A stretch of DNA of 57,033 bases, the filler included, from Sphacelaria rigidula (taxonomy: Eukaryota), in the NCBI GenBank assembly GCA_964200075.2. It is 6 parts of 6 records of this genome, joined end to end, with 100 filler letters (N's around TTAATTAATTAA, not from the genome) between each part and the next. Parts side by side here need not be neighbours in the genome. Positions count along the whole stretch, not along the records: positions 47,613 to 57,033 come from CAXNAA020008542.1; 5 more parts are not named here. One strand, written 5' to 3'. The notes under the pieces were generated by a model. It ran no database searches and had not been told where the DNA came from. It was given only the letters and a program-made list of their open reading frames with translations. Below are positions 47,613 through 57,033 of the stretch, one piece after another. The translations under genes were made by a program, and so were the position numbers. Within the stretch, counting starts at the first letter, position 1, and each line of letters begins with the position of its first letter.

Positions 47613-50600
47613 CTGTTATATCTTTTCCTTCTTTCTGGCAGGTCTAGGTCCCCCACCCGAAATCGCAATTTCATATTTTTCGCAGCGAGCTATGCATCGA
47701 AACAGTGGTGGAGATTGTTGGTAACGTGGGGTAAAATAGCAAATAAGTTGCAACGGCAGGGAGCAGGAATTTTGAGGTCCGCTAACCCTAGTAACAGTAA
47801 GATACCTCAGATAAAAACTCTAGGGTCAGCGATAATTCCTATTCTTTTTCGCACAAAGGATAAGTTAATAACGGTATGGGTCCGGGTGGTCCATGGATTA
47901 CTATATGGATTTATTCCGGCAGCGAGCTCCTTCAGGAGAAACAAGAGCACTTTATCTTTCGGAGGGCGATCGAGATTTTGGCCTTCGCCGGAGGCGCCGT
48001 GAGTATGGTTCATGGCTTACAGTCCCCCTAAACTCGGAGCTATTGACACCGACCACCTCACCAGCCAAGGAGATTCGGCAACTTTGGGCCTCTTCCGTGC
48101 TGTCAAGCCAAGCGCGCTCGGTGACGACTCGACGGGGAGGTTGTCTGGTCGGAACGAACTGGCTTCATCAAGTAAGGTGTGCAAAAATCTTGGAGTGATG
48201 TGGGAGGACGACACTACGCTGCAGTGGCTGCTGCATCTAACGGAGGACGTAAGCTCAAAAGATTTCGCTAGCAAGCTAGTCCCGGGCTACGTTCGATCGA
48301 CGCTAGCATGGGCAGCCGCCTGCGTCACGGTTCGAAAGAAAGACGGACGGTAGTCTACGACTATGTCAAGATTATCGTGGACTGAACCAACTTCTGGAGT
48401 AGTACAGTGGCAGTTTGAGGGATATGCAGGCCATGTATGGTGGGCTAGCAGAATCCAAGTACTGTACGAGTGTTGATATAACGAATGGATTTGTCCAGTT
48501 GGAACTAGAGGAAGTATTTTGGCAGCCAAAGAGTTCGTAGAAGTGATACGCTGATGCGGACTGGAAGGCGTTGGATTATGTTGGAGTAAACCAGATTGGA
48601 AAGGGGAGGCAGGCTGGTACATACGAGTCCGGGGCGCGGTTCTTTCCACAACCTTGTGGAAGAAGTGCAACCACAAGAGTTGGTAGGGGACACAAGTCGT
48701 GTTGCACCAACCGAATGGGCCGAGCCGGAGTCAGCATCAGCCAGCGTCGTAAAAACATTTGGTCGAGTCATTCCTCTCATCAACCTCTGTGACAACGCTG
48801 ATCTTGGAGAGTACTGCTGTGATGGCGCGCTCTCCTGGTGAGAACGAGCTCGTTGCTCCGTGTTGAGCGGAGCTGGGGGTCTCACTGAGCAGGCCTAGGT
48901 CTCAGCCGTGCAGGTGGGCGCACCGTATCGAAAGAGACGGATCTATGTAGTCGCCTTGAAAGCCGATCGTCGGAGGGAAGGACAACTGCGAGCGTGGAAG
49001 CAGCGAGTGGAAACGTACACCGTCGCCTGTCCCACGTTGAGTTAGCGATTAGGGCGGACAAGTATTTATTTTTCTGGTACCGACAGGACAGGGCGAAGCG
49101 ATTCACACTTCCGAGAATCCGATGCCCAGATTATTTCGTTGTCAGCTGACGAAAGGGAAACCAAGGCGCGAGGAGTTCAGACCCCATGGGGCGGGTGTAG
49201 GTGGATAGGAAGAAGCATTCGAGCTGGAAAAAGAGGATTTCGTGAAAGTTGCGACTACTCTCGACTGTTACGAGACACCACCCCGGTAAATAACGACGTC
49301 ATGCCATAGATTGTGGCTAATTTCGTTCACCCGTGGATGATGAAGGCGGTTCTATCAAGTGGAAGCAGAAGTTTTGTTCAGCCTGACTCATATCCAGGGT
49401 GAGGATGAGGATTTGAGCACGCTCGCTGCGATGTGAGACGAAGCAGAGTTACCAGAGGCTTGGGGAGCCTCTGTAACTCATTCGTCGATTCAAGAGGCTG
49501 AACGGAAGCTAGACCAAGACCCTGGTGGGGAGAAGGCTCCACCTGAGGAGCCACGGATACCAGGTAAAGGTAGCCCTCAGACCGTTCTCGAGCAGGCGAG
49601 AGCGATTCTGATGAACAAGCCGCGACTAGTTTTGCTGCAAGAGCGGGACTCCCGGCTTGAGCTCATCAGGGAGAGGTTAATGTTGGAGAAAAAGAAGAAG
49701 GTACAGGTTAGAGGCAGAAAACGTACGTTCCAAAATGATGATCTTCTATGGTATACCTTACCTAGGGCGCGAGGTAAGTTGGGCACCAAGTAAGTTGGCT
49801 ATTTCACGCAGTATAGTGCCTGGCCTGCTCGCGTTGGTGCACACTACACACGGGAACGCCGGAGTGATGAAAACGACTGAAGTGGTCAACGCACGCTATG
49901 AGTGACCCGGTCTTTCCGTCGATACTCTCAAACACGTGCTGTCTTGTGGATGTCGCCAACGCAAACGTACTAATAGTCACACCATAACGGTGCGACCCGC
50001 CCGCTTCCTGTATTTCTGGGAGATGATGTAGATGAACATATCGGACATAAAGCAGATTTCTACTTCTGGTAATCAGTACTTGTTGGTTGTTATGGATCAA
50101 GCAACCAAATTCTCTTTGCTCTTTCACTAGCAGCCCAAGGTTACTGCGCACGTAGTTAAGGGTCTGCTGAAACTGTTCTTGACGCTCGAAACGCCCTATT
50201 TTCTTCGAAGTGACGCTGGGGAGGGGTTCACTTTGAAAGTAGTAAACCATGTATGCCATGTGGATGAAGGTGAAACTGAATCATGATCCCGCAGATCACC
50301 CTCGCGATCAGGGCACCCTGGAAAGATACGGAGAGTGGTTGCGTAGCGTTTTAGCTGAGCTATGTGAGCAGGGTCTGGAATGGTGGGACGAGTATGTGCA
50401 TCCTGCTTTATGGATTCATCATACTACTTCCGACGAGTCACTGCCGCATAACCCAACGCGATTAATGCTGCTTTTGAGCGCGAGCCTCGTACCCAAGTCG
50501 ACTCTGTGTCACCTGAAGCAGAATCCCTACCGTTGAATGACACGGTAGAGCAACAGCGACAAAATTGAAGGACGTTCATGAGCTGTTAACCCAACGTCAC

Positions 50601-51660
50601 CGGCGTAGGGAAGAGGTATAATATATGATCCTAGTCAAAGAGTCTGACAGCTCCCTTCTGAACGAAGACGTACCGGCCAAATTAATACACGACTTGTAGA
50701 CTGGGCCGGGGACGGTGCAGTAGGGGGTGATACCAGGTCTCAATCTTGAGGTCAAAATTCAGGTGCGTAAAGTACAAGAGCGAACGGTGTTCGCGGCCAA
50801 CGTGAAGAAATTTCATGTGCACCCAGAACAGCTGCAGCACTCATTTCCAGGAGAGGTCTGTTAGCTAGCTTGGGGGGGGAGATTTAGGGTTGCTGAGGGC
50901 ATCACGTCCACACCTCTACTGTATACTCTGACGGATGGGAAATCAGTGCTGGGCCCAGGATCGTCGTGAGTGTGAGAACATCAACGGTTGTTTCACGACG
51001 GAGCTGAGCCACACTGGCTTTCAGAGGAGAGGATTTGGACAGTTTCACTGAGTTACAGTTGGATGTGCTTCATGCCTTGTGGGAAGCTATATCAACCGTA
51101 GACCAGGCCACGTCCATCTGATACACCATCTCGAGCAGAGAGAGGCTCCACCACGCGGTAGATTCCCCGATGTACCAAGATCCGCAAACGGTTTACGGAC
51201 AGCCCAGAGCGATCAATAGGAGCAAGAGCTCCTCCGGACGGGATGGGATCGTTTCTGTACGGTGTTTAACTTCCCTGCGTGGTCTAACCCAGCAGAGCGG
51301 TCAACAAGAGATCAAGGACTTCTCCGGACTGGATGGGATCGTTTCTGTATGGTGTTTAAATCCCCTACGTGGTCTAACCCGGCAGAGCGGTTACCAAGAT
51401 CGACGGCTGCACGAAAACAACGTCGAATACTCGAGGACGAGGAATGTGGTAACACGGTGATCCATCGTCGAACCACGTTCAGCCCCAGGCTTTGTCAACC
51501 CTAGGTCTGAGAGGGGGTGTTATGGCTCGCAGCATACATGGAGGAAAGGCAGTACAATGATGAGCCCAGCTATTCGACTGATGGGCTCGGAGGACTAGTT
51601 GATGTGACATACGGGTATTCCAACTAGAAGAGAGGGAGTGGTGTCCGTTGTAACGGTTAC
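47613..51660 (+). mobile_element. Highly decayed Ty3/Gypsy pol region with a probable 3' LTR starting at 51518
   Basis: RT start WAAACVTVRKKDG / LRLCQDYRGLN (about 48305-48390); integrase GNQYLLVVMDQATKF, LRSDAG, QGTLERYG...WDEYVHPALW; PPT GAGAGGGGG followed by TGTTA. The LTR end is uncertain. Confidence 0.8.
51222..51400. repeat. Two ~89-bp tandem copies in the Gypsy 3' region
   Basis: CTCCGGAC.GGATGGGATCGTTTCTGTA.GGTGTTTAA...CGTGGTCTAACCC.GCAGAGCGGT occurs twice. Confidence 0.9.
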
Positions 51661-54600
51661 AGACACGCCTCCGTGCGCACCGTGGTTTTCATGACCCTTC
51701 GCGACCCTTGGTTTTACTCTCTTGAAGACGAGCAAACAACGAGCGAAAAGCTTATGTGAATCTGATTGATGAGGCTATCAAAACCACCACCATGAAAGAA
51801 AAACTGAATCGCTTCTGGAACTGTGATTACTGTACTGCGTTGGACGTAGTTCCTCTTGCTATGCTTTTGAGAGTTGGTCGCTGAACACGGTGAGACAATA
51901 CAGTACGGATCCCTGAACCATACTCGGTACGTCAGTATTTGAAATATGGTCGTCACGATAGTATAATGATAAATGACGTCAGTGCACAAACAGATGTGTG
52001 GTTGAGGCATGTTCCGGCATAATCAACATGGTATATAAGTCATCACGTATTTGCATGCGCATGAAATGACTCAACTGGATGCTTGCTCGAGACCACGAGA
52101 CATATCGCCTGTCTGTAAGCCAGTTGCGACGCCCAATGCCGAGAACCCCAACACTATACAGATTCTGTTTGTAACATGGTGCTTCCAACCGGGGCTATTG
52201 TATCAACTGTTGTCATCCGTGACGTATGATCACTCCTTTTGCGATTTTCCGAAATGCCCTTTTGCGACGAAGCATCAGCCACCATGATGCTTCAGTCTCC
52301 ATATATGCAAAATCTTTGTTCACCTCAAACGATAACCCCGCATCATGTGATGATGAATTTTGCTGTGTGAGAGTGTGAAATGGAACGAACTGGTTCTCGA
52401 TCAATCCCGTATGTGCTTGAAGTCGCTGCCTGCTGTGTTTATCCTACGTCACCTGAAGATGCGTGTCCACGGCGTTGGCGCAGCGGTTATCGCTAAACGA
52501 CTGAGTTTGATGTCAGAGGTGCAGCTATAATCGCCCTGCCTTTATGTGTATTTTTCAGTACTGTGCAACGGGCAATTGAGTACAATTGCCCGCCGTGAGC
52601 AGCCACGTCCCTGCATGACCAATATCTTTCGGTTGACGAGGTCGTCTAACACTTCGAAATGATGTTTCCACGCGAAGGCAAGACACCCGTTCTACTCTAT
52701 TATGCTACAGTTGTGAACAGTAGCTATGGCTGTGATGCGAGTTGGCTCATGTAATAATTGTAGACCGTTTCTCCGCAGGGAAGCTCAACAAAGGCAGTCG
52801 TGCCGACGAAGAAGCATGTCGTATGCAGACAACAAATATCTGTGTACATTTTATGTCTGTTGCTATTGAACTGGCATGAAGGCGGGCCATCTGCTGGGTG
52901 CGTCCCGTCACTAAAACATGAAATTACACAACGCTTGTACAGTGCACGACCCAGGCTGATACCCTATTTTCCTATAACCTGATGCGGCGCGCTGTTGTCA
53001 TTTTAATGCTATCAGTTATCCTTCATCATTATCCTACATCAATCGTGCCTTACTGTTCGACGAGATATTACCTCATGTCGCTAACAACCGACCCACTTGA
53101 GCCAAAGTTTCGGTCACCATGCATTGAGTACGCCCTATACACATTGCCATGTATATTTTTAATGTGAAGACAACAATATATAAATGCGGCAGGTATTTAG
53201 ATGCGATAGATGATCTCCCTTACGTCTTGAAATAAAAACTTACCCTCACGGGTGAGTGCACGGGATCGAAAAGTGAAACTCGCACACAGCAATGAAAACG
53301 TTGAGGTGATGACCCTTGACACCCAGGGATGTGAGTGAAACAAACAATGCTGCTCTATAGACCGCGCATTGGGGGGCTGTAAGCCACCCTATCGTTGTGA
53401 GTATTAACCCTTTGACCACGAGGGTAGGTCACCTGCTGAATTGGCATCAGTATCCACTGGGGAAGTATGCATAATGCAGATGGACTTCCCGCACCACCGT
53501 CTAGGGTTCAAGCGGCTGTACTGTGTTGTACTGTACTGTACTACTGCTGGATTTCGTATTGCACAAACGTTTGCACCGATGCTTGCGTACTTCTGTCAGT
53601 CGTCCGGCATTTGCTTGCTCCCAACGTGATCATTCGTGTGCTGCAGAACAAATCTAACATACAGTACGATGGTCGAGAAACTACAGTGTGGGTACCGATT
53701 TATTGCGCGACGCTGAATATATATATCGTTCACTACAGTTGTCACGCGGTTCGATACTGTTGTGGTTGTTCCTAACCAACACAGCTTCTCCACACCCCCG
53801 CCGTTACTCGATACAAGAATCAATTCTGTGATATTTTAGCGGCATACACCAAACATGTCATGTTACTAGCTGCATTTTCCACTCCCGCCTCCGAGGGCGG
53901 CTCGAATGAGAAAGAGAAGAAGCGATACAAATTTTTGAGTAATACGATGATATATATGTGCACGGTGATACGATTGGATACTGTTACTATATACGAGTCA
54001 AATCTTGTCGTGTAGACCTGAATGAGTAGAGTCACGGTGGATGCTAGGATTGCATGACTCTCTACACTGCTTCACTGAATCTTTCCATGCAACAGCTGTT
54101 GTGTTGCTCTTTCCAGCTTTGCTATATTCTTCAATGCAACACCTGCTGTAAGCCCGATTTCTGCTGTGCAATGCAGCGGAAAGGAGCGATTTGCACTGCA
54201 ACTCAAAATGAAGTGAAACCTCCGTACCCGTTTCGCCCCGTTTACCGACACCAGCTGGACTTGAAGTTTTAAGTTATTCATCTCAAGCCTGCGCAATGAT
54301 ACTCCTGCAGCTCCGTCGGTTTACGTCAAGATGAAATGATCATCTACACCGCTTTGCTGTATTCTTGGATGACATAGCTGTACGACGCCATTTCGTTGTG
54401 AATATTGACCATGTTGACCACGAGGGTGGGTATCAATATTCAGTTGGAAAAGAGATACACATGACGTATAGGGACTACCCGCATCGCGGTCTAGAATTCA
54501 CGGCGCCGTACTGTGTTGCACTGTCTGAACTGCTGCTTACAATCGCCGTATCCGTTGGGCTCACAAAATTTGTCTTGCTGCATTCACGTCTTGACTGAGT

Positions 54601-55544
54601 GGTGGTCAATGTGCAAACAAGCGCTCCTCGAACAACCGTCATATTTGGCACTGACAACTCTCCTGCTTCATGATTGCTCTTCACACGAATTCTGCTCAAT
54701 TGTCCCGCACTTGAAAAACAAAATAATAGGCATATCGCACCACTGTCTGGGTTGTTGCTGACCAAAACAATCCTGGTTTTGTTCGCAATTCATAATGCTG
54801 TAACCACACGCTCGCGGTGCGCCGCTGGACAGACTAACGTTAGACTTGTTCACAACTGACGCTGCTGTTGCTCTAGGCTATGATTTTTTTTGAGTTTCAC
54901 ACAGCTGACTGAAATGGAACGACGGTATATGCAACACGTACTCAAACTCGACAAGACCCGCTGGATTACAAATCGCGTGTGTCTTCGCACATTGAGTTGC
55001 GACAACATCCTTGGGTTTTACGACATGCAACCGTTATATTTATTGTGATGCTGTTACAATATGGCTGTACAGGATGACGGTTCTGACTGTTTACAGCCGG
55101 CGCCATCTCCTCGATAAAATCGTTGACTTTGTACTCAGTCTAACACTGCATGAGCGCTATGCTTTTACTGTGGGAACAAACAACAAACCTGTTCCGAATC
55201 ACCATCGAATATCAAATATCGGACTATGCATGCGGAAGAACCTTTGCCGTGTACTGCACTGTTTATTCGAGCCTATATACTGTGGGACACATGAAGTAGT
55301 GATGACACTGTTGCCTGAGTGAAACTACTGAACGCGATATCAACCAGCAGATAGGAGTTAACGAACTGCCTGCGGAAAAGATACACAGGAGCTATCGAGA
55401 TGTTGTCGGCTACAACTAGTAACGAGTACAGCATATACTTTTAGGAACGCGAACCACTTGCAAGAGTATCTCATGCATGACCACGTTTGCAACTGTGAAA
55501 GAGTGTCATTTTACTCTATGCTTCGCGAATTAACGAACCTGCTT

Positions 55545-56355
55545 GTGTGACCGTGATACCATACTGGTTGTGCATACATGCTACAAGGCACGATACCATG
55601 TGAGCCGATTCGTCGTGAACGGAAATTGCGAAGCTTGAATTAACACGGGATATTTACCCTACCCCGGTCAGGGGGGGAGCAGATCATCGATGCGATAAAT
55701 TTGTGTTATTGTCATGGAAATTGAATGTCACTTCAACGTGGTTCCCCCTGACTGATAGTTTTGCCCTTAGTGGATAGCTCCAAAGGGTATGGGCGAGTCA
55801 TACATGCTTGAGAACTTCGGGGCTATGTTATGTCTGCTCCGATTTTGAAGAAATCAGACCCAATCATGTGCTTTGACTTTACTTCACGACTTTCATTACA
55901 TGGGTGATCGTTTCCGTGTGCACCTAATAACCGCACCTCGTACATGACCGTGTATGCAACTGATAGAGGATGACATTGTTACAATGCCGTCCGCTAGTGC
56001 ACGGAAATCTGTTTGTCTTACCGTAATGTCATACTGTCTGCATACATGCCACCAGGCACGGTACCGATTAGCTGTGAACAGGTATTCACCCTACCTCCTG
56101 GTCAGGGGGGACAAATCATTAATGCTCGAAATGCCATTTTATCATGGAAAACGGATGAAGTCTCTACGTGGTCCCCCTGTTTGATCGTTTGCGCCCTCGG
56201 TAGATATCTTTCAAGAGTATAAACGAGCTATGCATGCGTAAAACGAATGGGGAGTTATGTGAAGTTGTTTCGATTCTAAGAGATCAAACCCAACCATGTA
56301 CTTCTAGCTTACATTTCGACTGCGAATACGTGGGTGGGTGTTTACAGGCGCACTG
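55545..56355. repeat. Old ~470-bp-period tandem duplication
   Basis: TGCATACATGC, ACCCTACC, GGTCAGGGGGG, TCATGGAAA, ACGTGGT.CCCCTG and ACCCAA.CATGT recur in the same order. Confidence 0.75.
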
Positions 56356-56593
56356 TTGAACATAACATTATTCGATTTATATTACCCGCAGCGGCGGGTC
56401 ACAGGACTGCATGAAGCCTGCAACAGTTGCTCGTCAAAAAATATTGTTGGTGCCCGCCTGCCGATTTCTATGTAGCTACTCATGAGTGTGACAATCAACT
56501 CAGATCCACAACGATTGAGCGACTATGAGTGAAGCTGCATGCTGATGTGTTTGCATGAGGCCACCAGGCAGATGCTCCGTCAGTTCCCGTTGA

Positions 56594-56745
56594 CCGTCTA
56601 TACTCGTGCACACTCCGACAATCAATTCGAAGATGATCGTCTACTTGTGCACGCTCTGACAACCCATTCAAAGATAACCGTCCACATACGCGTGCTCCGA
56701 CAATCAATTCGAAGATGACCGTCTACCTGCCTGCGCGCTATGACC
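56594..56745. repeat. ~41-bp minisatellite, about 3.5 units
   Basis: CGTCTAC...GCACGCTCCGACAATCAATTCGAAGATGA-like units in tandem. Confidence 0.8.
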
Positions 56746-57033
56746 GTCCCAGGGGTAGGGCTGCATTCTTCTGGTCTTGAGAGTCCATGGGTTCCACACA
56801 TTCCTTTGTCGAGATTTACACCGGAAATAATCTGATGAAAGCTGTCGGTTTGTAATGAACGACTCGTGTGTTTATCGTGGAGACTATGCAAGTTGCCAAC
56901 ATACAAGTCGCACATCGAATGGATGAACGAGAAAGTTGTATGAACTATATATATATATATATGCTTTATAGCCTCTGCCAGACGATCTGGACAAGAGGGC
57001 TATTCAGTGAGGGACTTCTCCAGAATCCACTGG

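Noticed and set aside
52569..52592. Perfect 10-bp hairpin as a Helitron 3' end or terminator
   Set aside because: No CTRR or U-tract follows it.
56594..56745. CRISPR-like repeat (CTCCGACAATCAATTCGAAGATGA twice)
   Set aside because: The intervening sequence is itself a diverged repeat unit, the context is eukaryotic and there are no cas genes.

Overview
Eukaryotic, intron-rich genomic DNA, most consistent with a photosynthetic stramenopile such as a brown alga. That is an inference from the gene architecture and an ASAFAP-type plastid presequence. The window is not one contiguous locus: it is six segments of 9421-9423 bp joined by identical 100-nt N44-TTAATTAATTAA-N44 linkers, so adjacency across linkers means nothing. 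The segments share repeat families, so they probably come from one genome. Genes: a multi-exon PPR protein (-, partial), a complete 4-exon RNase P/MRP subunit POP4/Rpp29 (-), a 2-exon DUF819 membrane protein (+), a 6-7 exon protein of unknown function with a 4x repeated helical motif (+), a first exon with a plastid-targeting signal (-) and two orphan exons. Mobile DNA: an LTR-bounded but defective chromodomain Ty3/Gypsy element with an internal protease duplication, a second decayed Gypsy, two tRNA-derived SINE families, a 4-bp-TSD Sola2-like MITE family, foldback/MITE elements and several decayed tandem repeats. No CRISPR array, rRNA or functional tRNA was found, and I see no convincing new multi-gene system. 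The best novelty candidates are the repeat-motif protein and the TE families.
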